64,000 nucleotides of DNA from positions 158,534,001-158,598,000 of the forward strand of contig OX597814.1 of the NCBI GenBank assembly GCA_951406725.2, in the 5' to 3' direction. The notes beneath the pieces are model-generated. The model saw only the letters and a list, made by a program, of their open reading frames with translations, was not told the DNA's origin and ran no database searches. This document shows, one piece after another, positions 28,540 through 42,931 of this stretch. Every line of letters begins with the position of its first letter. Position 1 is the stretch's first letter. The DNA is from Octopus vulgaris (Eukaryota). The position numbers were made by a program, and so were the translations under genes.

Positions 28540-30210
28540 TCCATCCTGCCCTCCACTTCTCCTGCACTATTTCCGACACCCCAGTCGCTTTTCTCAACAT
28601 TTCAGTCAGAATTCATCACTCCACTCTCACCACCTCCATCCACTACAAACACACAGACTCACACTCATACCTCAAATTCTCTTCCTCCCACCCTAAACAC
28701 ACCAAGCTCTCCATCCTCTATTCCTAATTCCTACGTTCACACCGGCTCTGCAGTGACAACCATGGCTTTAACAATCAGTCTCAACTCATGGCTCGCCACT
28801 TTATCTTACGTGGATATCCCCTCACCACTATCTACACCGCTCTTGCCAGATCACGTTCCGTGGACCGTGCATCTGCTCTCTCCCCGCAGCCGCCCCGCCG
28901 TCACCCGTCACCCGTTTCCCCTCACCTACCACCCCACCAACCTACCTCTCCAACGCACCATTCTCCGAGTCTCCCGGTGACTCCAGTCCGACCCCTCCAC
29001 ATTGCATATCTTCCCTAACCGACCCGTCCCCTCCTTCAAACGGGCCCACAACCTACGAGACCACTAGGTAACAGCTTCTTCTCTAGCCCGTCCTCCCAAC
29101 CCGGCTCGTTCCTCTGCTCCCTCCCACCCTGCCGAGCTTGCTCTTACCTCTCCAACACCACCCTCCTCACACCCTCCAACACCACCCTCATCGGCCCTAT
29201 CATATCACTGACTCGTTCACCTGCACTTCTAGCAACGTCATCTACTGCATCTCCTGTCTCTCTGTCCTTCTCTATACATCTCTGTCCTTCTCTATACATC
29301 GGGCAAACGGAACGCCGCTTGGCTGACCGGTTCATGGAAAACCTCCGAGACATCCGACTCGGCAACGACACCCCGGTGTCGCGCCATTTCCGCTCTACCG
29401 GAAAACTCTTTACAACACTTGTCTGTGTTCGGATTGTCCTTGCACAGGGGCCATCCAGACTCCCGTCTTCGCCGTGAGCAGGGATTAATCTTCTCTCTTC
29501 GCTCCTCTCCGCCACATGGGCTCAATTCTCCTCCCTCTTCATCTAACCCTCCTCCTGTCTCCGCCCTTCCTCTCACACCTACTTCCTCCCACCGACCTCT
29601 CCTCTCTTGCTCTGGCACCTGCTTCCTCTCTTCACACCTACCCACCTTCTTCCTTCCACTCTCCTTCTTACCCCACCCCTACACGTTCCAACCCCACCAT
29701 CCCTATATATCCTATTACACCCCCAGCCCATCCTTTAGACCCCCACCCTTGCTTCCCCCACTCTCGCCTCCCCCACACCCCAACACTACCACACCACACC
29801 ACACACCACACCACATCACACCACCCCGCACACACTAGCACTGACCACTTCCCAACACCTACACTCTCATCCACACAGCTACACATGCACACATGCACAT
29901 ACGCACATGTCAATGTCACCAGCCCCTTCCACACGCACATACACACTCTCACATACACACGCACCCGCACATTCGTTTTGGGATCCACACTACTTTATCA
30001 TCTCCCCTTCTTCCTAGCTCTCCTGTGTAACTCTTCTGTCCGGCATTCGCCATGATAGATCGCTAGCCACTAAATATTTTTCTATTTTCTCTCCCAATTT
30101 ATTTCGGTGTTCCCTACTGTCGAGCATTAAACTAATACATCTCTTTGTTGTTTACACACACGTCTTCGTCTTTTGGGGGTTTTTTTGTAAATTTGCTGAT
30201 GTGAATTATG
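28540..30210 (+). mobile_element. Degenerate Penelope-like element (Neptune-type Cys-rich linker)
   Basis: VAFLNISV, HYKHTDSHSYLKFSSSHP, RGYP, PLTYHP, CSLPPCRAC, FTCTSSNVIYCISC, LYIGQTERRLADRF, PHGLN. A 20-bp tandem duplication at 29261-29300 shifts the frame at YIG. Confidence 0.88.
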
Positions 30211-30219
30211 TATATTTTT

Positions 30220-30263
<44 letters not shown>

Positions 30264-30679
30264 AAACGCTCCCCGTGCAATTGACGGTGCTGAGTTGTCA
30301 AACATTTAAACCAAATTTTCTCAAAACAACTTGTCCAACCGTCCCATAGGCCTCCCCTTTGAGAAACACTGATTTAACCTAAATTTGAGACACCAGAAAA
30401 AGAAGAAATAAAGATAGACTTTTTTCTATTCCCAAAAAAAAACGATTTTATTCACACAAATATGCAACCGAAGAGTTTAAAGTACCAGTAAGGATAAGGC
30501 TGTTGACTGGGAGAACACAAACATGGTTTAAACAGTAAACTTGGCAGGAAAGAAACGTGGTTTTAAGCAGTACAAAAACAACAAAAAAAGGGAAAGTGCC
30601 GTTATCTGCAGCTTGACGGAAGAAAAGCAGGACAAAAACGATGCATGCAAATGGGTTAGCTGGAGGTTTTCTTGTATTA

Positions 30680-30909
30680 TATACATAATTCACATCAGCA
30701 AATTTCACTTGCATCTCATCTTCTTGTTCAATTTTGTCATTATGTGTATCTGGTGCATTTACCTTTCGACCAGACAAAATATCCTGTAAGCGTGAGTTTA
30801 AGAGGCTACGTTCTACATTCTGTCCACGAGGAACAATTCCACAGCATTCAAAAGCACGCTGTATAGTTTCTTTATTTAAAGTGGCAACAGCTTGGGTCAC
30901 ATAGGCCAT
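30680..30909 (-). mobile_element. pogo/Tigger-like transposase C-terminal remnant
   Basis: KETIQRAFECCGI resembles the I..SF..CGI motif found after DDE_1 domains. Confidence 0.5.
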
Positions 30910-30923
30910 ATGTGTGTGTGTGC

Positions 30924-30957
<34 letters not shown>

Positions 30958-33611
30958 ATGTATGTATGTATGTATGAATGTATGTATGTATGTATGTGTG
31001 AAAAAATTAAATTTCCCATTATCAAAAACGTTTAGAGAACTTTAATATGCATATATTAAATTAGAACCTACTTAGAAACATATTACTATAGTTGGTGTAC
31101 ATTTTTCTTCGGCTCTGTTTCATGATAGAAAGAAACATTTCACTCACCAACCAAAATTTTAACAAGTGCGAAGGTGAATGCTTTCTCTGTATATGTAGTG
31201 ATTATTTTGCAGCACTTAGTCTTACTAAATATGTAGCCAAGTAATTGACTTTGATTTTGATGATATATATCCAACAATTCATTTGTCTTTACATTCTGAG
31301 TTCAAATTCCGCCAAGGTTGACTTTGCCTTTCATCATTTTAGGATCGATAAATTAAGTACCAGATGCGTGCAATTGATTTTGTTTGCTATGTCTCGAAAT
31401 GTGCCCAGTTAACCTCCAAATAACTTGCAAAAGAACCAAAATACATAAATCCAGGAAACAAACAATTTTTTTCAAAACATCTTGCTTAGCAAACATTTAT
31501 TTTTAAATCTTTCTAACTTAATTAGTTTCCGAATAGCAAAAGCAGATTCGTAATCAATCAAAGAAATGGAGTATAAACAATGGTGGTGATTGCATGTGTT
31601 TGGCTCAGGAAATGACGTTATTAGTGCAGTTAATCACAATTTAAAAGAACAGATTTTAAATTACATTAATAAAATAACTGCTAACTGCATTAGAAATATC
31701 ATAACAAATAATACTAGAATAATATAACTATAAGCTTATATGTGCATAAGTGCACATTCTAAAAGAAGATTGACAAAAGATACCTTATCAGTACCTTTTT
31801 AAAATTATGTTCTCCTTTCAAATATACATACTCTTTTAAATATCGTTCCAGACATTTTGAGTGTGCTTTATTTGTACCAAACAATCAGTATCCAGATCTT
31901 GGTGCAGTTCTGAAAGAATTTTAATTGAATATCATATCAGATATTTGATCATTTTAAAGTAATTTAATGTATTAATAATTATTTTATGAATTCCCTGAGT
32001 TACGTGTTATAAAGGAAATATAATTAAGTAATAATAATTTTCGTTGACAATGATGCCTCTTATTTTGTTTTTGCAATATAAAACTATTGGCTATTATTTA
32101 TACAGATTGACACAGAAAATATATTTTCTACTGAAAAATCATAAAAAATTAATCAAAATACAAATGCTACAATAGTTTATCTATTTTATGTTTCTTTCTT
32201 TCATATCTAAGAACAACGGATGAAGTTGGGGTTGATATATATATATATATATATATGGCAATGTCTACTAGGAAACCGTGTGAGAGAAGGGAATTCCAGT
32301 AAATTGCAGCTTTAACAAAGCGACATAGAAAGAGAACTGAGTGAAGTGCTTCAAGTGGTATATTGGTGATGATACGTAGTGAAGGAGACGGGAAGTGAAA
32401 GGGTCGGTGGTCTTGGATGAAGAAGGTATGAAGCTATTTAGTTGTGAACAACAGACGCCCTTTTAATAGCAATAGCAGGTGAAAAGGAACAAATCTGCAC
32501 GTCTGTGAGTAGCTGAAGATAAAATACGTATTATCTTTACAACAAATGAATGAAAATGTCTGGAGAAAGTTTTCTTTCCATCATAGATAAAAATACTTCG
32601 AAATTCTGACCTTTGTAGATTCACAGACAACAGTTGCAAGAAAATTCCATCACTATTATATTCTAATTATTTTTCTTACTGCCGTACACAAACTAAACTG
32701 CATTGTTACAAAGATCAAGTTCCTTTCACATACATTTCAATGAATCTACTTATCTTCAGGCTTCAATTCAATCAGCAACGTCCATATCCTATCTTTTCAG
32801 TACTGTACCATTATATTCAAGTCTTTGATGACACTAATTATACATAGATTAATTTTATTTAGGCTAGATCAATACTGTAGTTTGTTTTTATGCCGTATTA
32901 CTGAAATACTTCCAAATGCTGAGTTTCTGACAGAATGTGGCAAATTTAATTCTTAAAATACATCTGTTATAAAGTAGTCGAAGGAAATGGACGAATGGCT
33001 ATAATCTTTATGTAACCATCATATGTTGATAAGATCAATGCAGTCGATGTTCCAGTTATTTTTTGTTGTAATTATGTAGTTTGCAGTTTCAAGGATTATG
33101 AATAATGATTTGTGAATGTTTGAAAGTGAAGCACAATTGTGGATGAGAGAAAATGAAGGTTACATTATAGCAGCAGTAGTTAGGACACAGAAAAAACCGC
33201 ATGGTTGAGTGCTAGAAGTTGTAATGTGCTAATTAAGTAAAAGGGTACCATTAGAACTGGCTGTGGATTGATTATTTTCCTGATATCTGCACCAGATACT
33301 GAGCTAAAGTACTTGTTAACTCTGATATGTAAACGCAACATTTAACTATATTATATATTTGAGATCACCATAGTAGATCAACAGAGTTTAGGTACTTCGA
33401 GGAACTTAGATCTTTGTTTCATTGAAAACTAACATGTTAAATATGCTGATTACATTTGCTTTAGATAGTTAGCACTTCTCACTTGCAATATTTCACTCGC
33501 ATTCCATCTGTTAAATCCAGCAACAGTTTCGATTGTTTCCTTGATGTTTGGGGTTTTTCTTTCTTTTTATCATGAATGTGGTTTCGTAAAATATACAACT
33601 CCGATTTTTGC

Positions 33612-33662
33612 AATAATGATGATGATAATAATAATAATAACAACAACAACAACAACAACAAC

Positions 33663-33734
<72 letters not shown>
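33612..33734. repeat. (AAT)n/(AAC)n microsatellite; others at 34035-34093, 37536-37588, 37934-38003, 45130-45266
   Basis: Directly visible. Confidence 0.98.
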
Positions 33735-34034
33735 CTCTAGGAATGATAAAAAAAGGTACTGAACCCTATTTGAAAATGATTCCAGGCTTACCATCCCTAC
33801 AGGAAGTGCAAAAAATCGTATTAACTGGAACGGCTCATGTACTGAGAAGAGCATTATCGCTGTGAAAACAACACCCATCCATGAATTTATTTATTTATTA
33901 ATTTTTAAATACATATTTTATCTGTGAATTTGCGTGTGTAATCTGGAAATGCATACAATGAGCTTCTCTGCCCTAGGTGTATGGAAAACACTCGGCGAGA
34001 AACGGAAGAGAATTTGAAGAAAGAAGGAAAAAAC
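33735..34034 (+). mobile_element. Dong-like LINE, 3'-terminal fragment in (AAT)n
   Basis: LGMIKKGTEPYLKMIPGLPSLQEVQKIVLTGTAHVLRRALSL* plus a 3' UTR similar to 35415-35494. Confidence 0.88.
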
Positions 34035-34093
<59 letters not shown>

Positions 34094-34095
<2 letters not shown>

Positions 34096-35494
34096 GGTGT
34101 TAGCTATAAATTCCCTAGCAGTTCCAGTTGTTACTTATAGCTACAATGTGTTGAACTGGAATATGAGTGAAGTAAAGAATATAGATAGAAAAATACGCAA
34201 GCTGCTGAGTTGTAATAGGATGCACCACCCAAAGGCAGACGTAGATCGCCTTTACCTTCCCAGAGCCCAAGGAGGTCGAGGCCTGATCCAATTTGAACTA
34301 GCTTACAAAACAACCACAATTGGACTGGCCAAATATCTCGAAATATCGAATGACTGGATGCTAAAGCTCGTGGAAAATCACGAGAGACGAAAGAAGCTTC
34401 ATTCTATCATCAAGGAAAGCAAAAAATTTGCTATTGATCTCGTGCAGGATACCCAAACTGAACAACCCGAGGGAAGTACGGCAACTATTGTTGCAAAGAA
34501 GGTGAAAATGATGGCAATGAAAAAAGCGCACGAGCAATTGGCTGATAGGTGGGAGGAGAAACCTCTGCACGGCAAATATGTGACCCGCAGCAAACAAGCT
34601 GATGTTGACCAGAAGCAAACCCATCAGTGGCTGCGGAGCTCAGGGCTAAAAGCAGAGAGCGAAGGTTTCATCCTGGCTGCTCAAGACCAAAGCCTATCAA
34701 CCCGGAACTACCAGGCCAACGTGATGAAAAATGGAGCAGACCCAAAATGCCGATTCTGCAACGACATGATTGAAACAGTGGACCACCTAATCTCTGGATG
34801 TAAAGTCTTAGCACCAGTGGAGTATAAATTAAGACATGACAGAGTTGGCCAATATCTCCACTGGCTAATAAGTCGGCATTACAATATCAAAACTGCCGAC
34901 AAGTGGTATAATCACCACCCTGAGGCTGTAACTGAAGGAGAAAATGTAACCATTCTGTGGGACTTTCCAGTACATACAGACCGAACCATCAAGGCCAATA
35001 AACCAGATATTGTTGTGAAAGACCAAAACAATAAACTTTGCTTATTGATCGACATGAGCATCCCCTGTGATCATAATATCTCAGCGAAAGAGTTTGACAA
35101 GCTCAGAAAATATAAAGACCTACTCATTGAAATTGAGAAAATGTGGCATCTCAAGGCGGTTACAATACCAGTGATCGTAGGAGCACTAGGAATGATCAAG
35201 AAGGGAACCGAAAATTATATGAGAATGATCCCTGGCTTACCATCCCTGCAAGAAGTGCAAAAGATTGTCTTAACTGGTACATCACACGTATTGAGAAGAG
35301 CATTGTCGATGTGAGAACTGTTGCTGGTCATGCATTTTAATTTAACTTTAAAAAAAAAAAAAAAAAAAAAATGAACGAACTACTGGGTTTGGTTTAATGG
35401 CCTACCAATATACACTATGAGTTTCTTTGCCCTAGGAGTCGGGAAGACACTCGGCAAGAAATGGAAGAAAATTTGAAAGAAGAAGAAAAAAAAG
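34094..35494 (+). mobile_element. 5'-truncated Dong/R4-like LINE with open C-terminal ORF (thumb, CCHC, RLE)
   Basis: DRLYLPRAQGGRGL, CRFC...HLISGC, RHD, KPDIVV...IDMSIP...K..KY. Stop at 35314; (AAT)n on both sides. Confidence 0.93.
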
Positions 35495-35510
35495 TAATAA
35501 TAATAATAAT

Positions 35511-37531
35511 AATAAAGCCGTAACTGAAGACAGCCACAGAAAGAAGAAAGGCCTCAGTATGGCCTGGATTGACTACAAAAAGGTGTTTGATAGCATCCCC
35601 CACACATGGATCCTCGAAACACTAGCCATTAACAAAGTAGCACCAACAATCATAAAATTCATAGAGCATTCTATGAATAAATGGCAAACAGTCCTACACC
35701 TCCAAACAAAAGAGGGACTCATGAAAACCAAACATCCCCATTAGAAGAGGAATATTCCAGGGAGACACGCTCTCTCCACTCCTTTTCTGCTTGGCACTGT
35801 CACCTCTATCTGATATGCTAAATAGAACTGGATGCGGATATAAATGTTACGGCAAAACGATCAGCCACCTTTTATATATGGATGACCTAAAACTATACGC
35901 TGCAAATGACAAACAGCTGGAAACACTATTAAAGACAGTTCATGGATTTACCAAAGAAATAGATATGAAATTTGGATTAGAAAAATGCGCCAAAGTAACC
36001 ATGAAAAGAGGAAAACTAGTTAAGAGTAACAACATCACACTAGATAAAACCAATGAAATAAAAGAATTAGACCAAAGCCAAACTTACAAATACTTAGGAA
36101 TCCATGAACTAGATAAGACACAACACACACAAATGAAAGAGAAAGTAAAAAAAGAATATTATAGACGAGTTAGATCAATACTAAAAACAGAGCTCAATGC
36201 TAAAAACAAGATAATAGGTATAAACACTTTAGCTGTCCCAGTTATAAGTTACAGCTACAATATCCTTAACTGGACACTAAATGAACTGACCAAAATAGAT
36301 AGGAAAACAAGAAAAATAATGACAGGATCTAGGATGCATCACGCAAAACTTGACATAGAAAGACTATATATACAACGTATAGAAGGTGGTAGAGGCCTTA
36401 TACAGCTGGAAAACTACTATAAAATAACCACCATAGGAATGCAAAAATACCTACTTCAGAAGGAAGGAAAACTGATCCAGATAGCAGCAAAACACGAGCA
36501 AAACAAAAAACTGTTCTCAGTATTTAAGGAAGCTGACAAATACAAACAAGAAATCATACCACCTAATAAACACAAAGAAGAAGAAGAAGATGATGAAGAA
36601 ACAACAAAAGCTATAAAACAAATGAAATCCAAACTAAAAATAGAACAGCAACGATCCATGATAAAACGATGGCAAGAAAAGCCCCTTCATGGTAAATACT
36701 GCACTAAACTAAACGCAAAAGAAATAGACAAAGAAAAATCCCAGCAATGGTTGAGAAGCTCAGGACTCAAATCAGAAACAGAGGGATTTTTAATTGCAGC
36801 ACAAGACCAAAGCCTCTCCACCAGAAATTACCAAAAACATGTAATGAAAAGAAATATTACAAGTAACTGCAGAATATGTGGAGATGGACAAGAAACAATA
36901 AATAATATTATCTCTAGCTGCCCAGTCCTGGCTAAGAAGGAATATATTCACAGACATGACAGAGTTGGAACCTACATACATTGGAAGCTATGCCAACATT
37001 ATGGAATAACAACAGAAAAAAGATGGTATAGGCACACACCAGAAAAGGTCACAGAAAACGAGAAAGCAACCATACTCTGGGATATGCCGATACACACAGA
37101 TAGAGAAATTAAGGCCAACAGACCAGATATAGTTGTCAGAGATCATGAAGAAAAAAAATGCTTTCTAATTGATGTATCAATACCGGCAGATGACAACGTG
37201 TCTCTAAAGGAAATGGAGAAACTCTCAAAATACAAAGACCTGGAAATAGAGGTAACTAGAATGTGGAACCTGAAAACAGACACAATTCCTATCATAGTAG
37301 GTGCATTAGGCATGATAAAAAAATATTCAGACAAATACATAACAAAAACACCAGGACTTACAAACACATATAACATACAGAAAATTGCACTACTAGGCAC
37401 TGCACACATCCTACGCAGAACACTTTCCATACAATAACCATCAGAGCATCACAACAAATCACAGCACATACCCAAGGCACACAGAGCTGTGCTCGGTAGT
37501 GAAGTGAAAGCACGCTATAAAAATTAAACTA

Positions 37532-37535
<4 letters not shown>
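35511..37535 (+). mobile_element. 5'-truncated Dong/R4-like LINE, second family (RT + RLE)
   Basis: AWIDYKKVFDSIPH, frameshift near 35735, GIFQGDTLSP, LYMDDLKLY, CRIC, RHD, RPDIVV...EKLSKY. Stop at 37437; (AAT)n flanks. Confidence 0.95.
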
Positions 37536-37588
<53 letters not shown>

Positions 37589-37604
37589 TTCAACTAAACG
37601 CATA

Positions 37605-37797
37605 AGACCTGAAATTTTGGGGGAGGGGACGAATTAATTACATTTACCCCAGCGTTTCACTGGCATTAAATTATCGACCACAAAAGAATGAGAGGCAAAG
37701 TCGGCCTCGGCGGAATATGAACTCAGAGCGTAACGACGGGCGAAATAATGCTAAGCATTTCGTCCAACGCGCAAAGGATTCTGCCAACTCGCCACCT
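37605..37797 (-). mobile_element. Family 2-related SINE
   Basis: Reverse complement of the AGGTGGCGAGTTGGCAGAATC head and core. Confidence 0.8.
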
Positions 37798-37932
37798 AAC
37801 TAGGACCCAACTACAAGGTCATGCGCTGTTTATCTTGATATAAGAACACTATGTTCCGCACATATGTTTGTGATGCATGTGCTTTGTGTACCCATATTAA
37901 ACGGATAATCCTCATGGGTAGACTGGGCTTCG

Positions 37933-37997
<65 letters not shown>

Positions 37998-38004
37998 TAA
38001 TAAT

Positions 38005-38170
38005 ACAAATTCCAGAATTAGACGTACTAGAAATAAGCACACAAAAAGCTAAGCGTATGAAAACCTGTGCTAAAACTGCTGCCTTAGATATTCTTACTGA
38101 TAAATGGCAAGAAAAACCTCTCAATGACAAATACCCAAAGAGAGCTAATAGTGCCGATGTTGACAAAGTA
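38005..38170 (+). mobile_element. Dong-like LINE internal fragment after (AAT)n
   Basis: DKWQEKPLNDKYPKRANSADVDK is homologous to WEEKPLHGKY...ADVD of the neighbouring elements. Confidence 0.7.
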
Positions 38171-39163
38171 AGAATAGAGCATGTAAAGCAAGAAAACTCT
38201 TCAACACAAGGTTCAAAATGCTGCTCATCCGAAAACATTAGTTGTAGTTCAATAGAAAGCGTAATTAAACTGTGCACATCATTTCCATCGTAGCCTCACA
38301 GAAAAGTAAACATAGAATACCCATCAAAATACGATAATCAAAACAAGATAATCGTTGTACACCAAATGCTATTATACCAAAACGTTCAGTATATTACTGT
38401 TATATCCACTGCTTTTTACCCGCAATCTCATTTCTAACAGTGAAGTTACTTTTAAAAGCAGGTTGATTCATGTGTAATATCTTCTCTAATTTTCCTTTTA
38501 GCGTAGCTTTGGCACATTTTCTAATACCATACTGATTTTGATATTGCAACTGAATTCATGTACAGTTTTGATAAGGTTCTCCTGCTTGGCTTTATCGTTT
38601 ATAAATAGTTTTTAATTATCCGTATAAACGAATAGTTTGTCCATAGTATTTGTAACCATTAGTAGCTTTATTGATGAAATTTGTTCATGTAAACTGAGCT
38701 AGAAAAAAAAAAGAGAATAGAATGGACATTGAAACTTTTCACTTCTTACGGAGATATGGCTATTTTTGTTTACCGTCTTCTTGTAGTTACAAAGTTTCCA
38801 TTTTGGACTGATTTGTTTGTATTTAATGCTTCTAATATCTAGTATCAAATTATGTTTGGTAATATATCTGCCGCAGTCTCATTTATTTTTTTACTTTTTT
38901 TTTTTTTTTTTGCTATTTTTGATATCTGCTCAGTTGACCAATAGTTCTTTACAGTAATACATTCTTTTCCGATCTGATGTTAACCAATAATATTAAAATT
39001 AAAACTACAATTTAGGACTGTTATAACCACTTTTTTGCCTATTATCTTATTTCTAGCATCCAAGTCGGTTTTTAATGTTAAACTTATTCTTGTGTAATAT
39101 TTTTCTAGCTCATTTTTGTGTTAAATGGTATCACTTTCCGAAGGAGTAGCCAGCCTGTTAGTG

Positions 39164-39214
<51 letters not shown>

Positions 39215-39216
<2 letters not shown>

Positions 39217-39677
39217 GCCCGCTGGTTAGGGCAGCGGACACGCGGTTTCGATTCCCAGACCAGGCATTGTGAGTGTTTATTGAGCGAAAACACCTAAAGC
39301 TCCACGAGGCTCCGGCAGGGGTAGTGGTGAAACCTACAGTGCTCTTTCACCACAACTTTCTCTTACCGTTTCTTCCTGTTTCTGTTGTACCTGTATTTCA
39401 AAGGATCAACCTTGTCACATTCTGTGTCACGCTGAATCTCCCTGAGAACTACGTTAAGGGTACACGTGTCTGTAGAGTGCTCAGTCACTTGCACGTAAAT
39501 AAATGGGCTGCGACGTCACTGGTGCCAAGCTATATCGGCACTTGCCTTTCCCTTGGATAACATCGGTGCCGTGGAGAGGGAAGGCTGGTATGCATGGGCG
39601 ACTGTTGGTCTTGGACTTGTGCCTCGGAGGGTTACTTTCTAAGTGCAATCCCATGGTCATTCATGACCGAAGGAGTC

Positions 39678-39680
<3 letters not shown>
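39215..39680 (+). mobile_element. SINE family 3 (long-tail variant) in (TA)n
   Basis: Same head as 14240-14392 with a different 3' half ending CCCATGGTCATTCATGACCGAAGG. Confidence 0.82.
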
Positions 39681-39748
<68 letters not shown>

Positions 39749-39789
39749 CACCGATGGGGGCGTATCATGGGGTGGAGTTATGTATGCTT

Positions 39790-41750
39790 ATAGGATCTTA
39801 AATTTTACAGAACCTGCATCTGGAATTCCCTTTCATGGATGCAAGATTATACTGAAATTACGGGCTTATAGTCACCCGTAATATGAACGATAATGAGTTA
39901 GATAGACTTAGGAAGAATCTTATTACGCGCTTCCAAAGAATAGGCTTACGGATAATGATAAATACTAACCTAAATAATGTAGATGTTATTTTTAGATATT
40001 AACTAAGATTTGCAATCAGATAAATTTAGACCTTCTGCAAGCCTAATGAAAAGCTATATTATATTAACAAAGAGTCAAATCATCCACCCCTAATGTGGAA
40101 AATTTAGTTAGTAATGCAGAAAGGTGCATATTATCCATATGTTCAAACGAGACAGCGTTTCAAAATGCTGCGCCGTATTATAATAATGCATTAAGGAACA
40201 ACGGATTCTCGGAGAAAGTCCAGTTAAATCAAAGTACTACTAACAATAATAGAAGACATAGAACTAGAACTAGGAAAGTTTTGTGGGTTAATTGGGCATT
40301 TAACATTGACGTAAAAACTAATATAGGTCGAGAATTCTTGAAACTAGTTTCTAAGCACTTTCAAGAAAACCATAAGCTCTATAGAATTTTTAACAGTAGA
40401 ACGCAAAAGGTTAGCTATTCTTGTTGCAAGAGCTTCGCCTCTTTAATTAACCAACACAACAATAAAACTATTAGAAGCAACCACAGTGCCAGAAATAACC
40501 AAAAGAATTGTGACTGTAACGATAAAAATTTTCTCTATTAGGAGGAATTTGTCTTGAGAACAGAATGGTTTATAGAAATAAGATACAAATAGATGGCTCA
40601 CAAGAATACAAAATATATACAGGAGCTTCGGAAAATTTCTTTAAGACTAGATTATATTCCCACCGAAATTCATTTCGATACCCAGAAAATAGGACAACAA
40701 CGAGTGTTGCTAAACATGTCTGACAATTGAAAGACAATACTCGCCCTTTCAAAATCAGCTTGACAATCTTGGAGAAAGAAGCATCATATATGCATGGAGC
40801 ATATAGACGCCCAATGAGGTGCAATTTGTGCCTGACTGAAAAGCTCTTCACCTTGTTCCAGGATAAATAGCCACTGAACCAAAGACGGGAGCTTTAAATT
40901 CCTGCAGACACACTACGCGATATAAAATAACGAGTGGAAAAATACCATACGGATAATATTGGTTTTGCATTTGAATTTGGCTTTTTCACCTAAAAACAGA
41001 CATTGTTTAGTATTACATTCATTGTACATTTTTCACCTTTGTATTTTACACTTTTCGACTTTCAAGGAAACCTTCGACTGTTTACAAGCTATTATTCTAT
41101 TTTATTTTATTTTATTTTATTTCATTACTATTTTTACAGTATTTATATTTGATTTTATCTTCATTGTCTTATTGTAGCTGCTACTTTTAAACACACTTTT
41201 ATGAACCATATGATATTTTTTTCTACACTGCAATTTTTACGCTGCAATTTAGCCCAAAGCACATCTTTAATGTGCATCTTTAATGCACATCTTTAAAAGT
41301 TTATTTACAATCGCCCGAAATGTTTTGTAAAGGTTTCCTTTATCTACAATCGCCCAAAATGTGTTTCAAAGATATCGAATACCCGAATGGATTTATGTTA
41401 TTTTATTTTTTAATCTCTTTATTATAATTTTTATGATTTTTCATTAATTGGTTAATTACTTTCATTGCATTTATTTCTCATTATTATTATTATCATTGCT
41501 GGTAAACCAAAGATGCTGACACAGCTTTAGTGGGCTGAGCAAAAGACTTGGAGATTTTCCCCAGTTGCTAACTTTTCTGATTTGAATCGCCGAGGCCATA
41601 ATTAAATTTATATTACACTAAATTATATTACATTAAGCAACATTTTTAGCAATTATTTAATTTTATAATTGATTTTATTCAATCTACACCTCTGAGGTTA
41701 CACTATTTTTAATACACAATACACTAGACTAGCAATTTTTAAATATATTC
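39790..41750 (+). mobile_element. Degenerate Penelope-like element (RT C-terminus, linker, GIY-YIG, AT-rich 3' region)
   Basis: KPNEKLYYINKESNHPP, VKTNIGREFLKLVSKHF, NCDC, then after a frameshift MVYRNK...IYTGASENFFKTRLYSHRNSF...CNLCLTEK. Contains stops and frameshifts; 3' limit approximate. Confidence 0.85.
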
Positions 41751-41870
41751 GTATGCGTATATACATTATAGCATATATATACAAATATATATATATATAC
41801 ACATATGTATATATATATATGTGTGCGTTTATACTTATTTGTATATTTGTATACGTGTATAAATGTGCGT

Positions 41871-41938
<68 letters not shown>

Positions 41939-42581
41939 GTATGAATATGTATGTATTTATGTGTGCGTTCACATGCTTGATTTTTGGATGTATCTTTTTG
42001 CTCATTAAGAACGCTATTTTTGAATTACTTTTTCTCTCTGTCTTTCTGTTGGTTTTATTTTCTTCCACCCACCACTTCTTTTTCTTCTTCCCATCACTTC
42101 TTATTCTGATTCTTTTTCTAACTTGTAACAACAAAGTTGTACTTTTAGAACATACGTACGGAGACGTATGATGTGTGTGGGTGTGTAGATAGCTATATAT
42201 ACATTAGTACAGATATTCATATCTATATTTTGCCTGCATATGTTTGTATATCTGTACGTATGCATGTATCGACGTTTGTATGTTTAGTGACCATATGTAT
42301 GCATATATCTTTAGTGTGTATATGTATAAGTGAATGTTATTTGTATGTGAATAATGTGTTTATATTTTATATAAGTGAATCTTATAAAGCAGACTTACAT
42401 ATATTTTACCATTAACTAATTCACTCTGGGTATATATCTTCTAACTAAAGTTATTTTTTGATTTAAGGTTTCCTTCGATTTTACATTACATGATTTTTAA
42501 AACTTTTATGTACATCACCATTTCTTAGAAAAAGCTGTTATTTGAAAGGACCAATGAAACGAAACCAATTTCAAATGTGTA

Positions 42582-42632
<51 letters not shown>

Positions 42633-42807
42633 ATAATAAATATTAGGGAATGAATCCAAAATTACAGGGAAAAATCAGATTTAGGGTTAAATCCAATTTT
42701 ATAGTAAAATATTATATAATATAATTCGAGACAAAACCACTATTTTAAAACCAAACAAGGAAAGACTTAATCAATACATAAAATTTTAATATAAATTAAA
42801 TAAACCG

Positions 42808-42850
42808 CCACTACAAATGTTTCATGTCTGCTCCGACAATCTTCAGGTGG
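42808..42850 (-). ncRNA. Minimal type I hammerhead ribozyme motif (family A, - copy)
   Basis: Exact reverse complement of 42889-42931 within the palindrome. Confidence 0.7.
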
Positions 42851-42888
42851 ATTTTCGATCTTCTAATCAGTATCAAAAGATCGAAAAT

Positions 42889-42931
42889 CCACCTGAAGAT
42901 TGTCGGAGCAGACATGAAACATTTGTAGTGG
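42889..42931 (+). ncRNA. Minimal type I hammerhead ribozyme motif (family A, + copy)
   Basis: CCAC-CTGAAGA-t-TGTC-ggagca-GACA-t-GAA-AC-attt-GT-A|GTGG. Stem I CCAC/GTGG, complete core, GUA cleavage triplet. U-U at the base of stem II. Confidence 0.7.

Noticed and set aside
33977-34093. N-terminal MYGKH...poly-Asn part of the 445-aa ORF
   Set aside because: Chance read-through of the upstream element's 3' UTR and the (AAT)n target into a 5'-truncated LINE.
41685-41740. Expected hammerhead in the 3' region of the 40-kb PLE (CTGAGG)
   Set aside because: No GAAAC partner. None is recognisable at the 3' end of the 28.5-30.2 kb PLE either.
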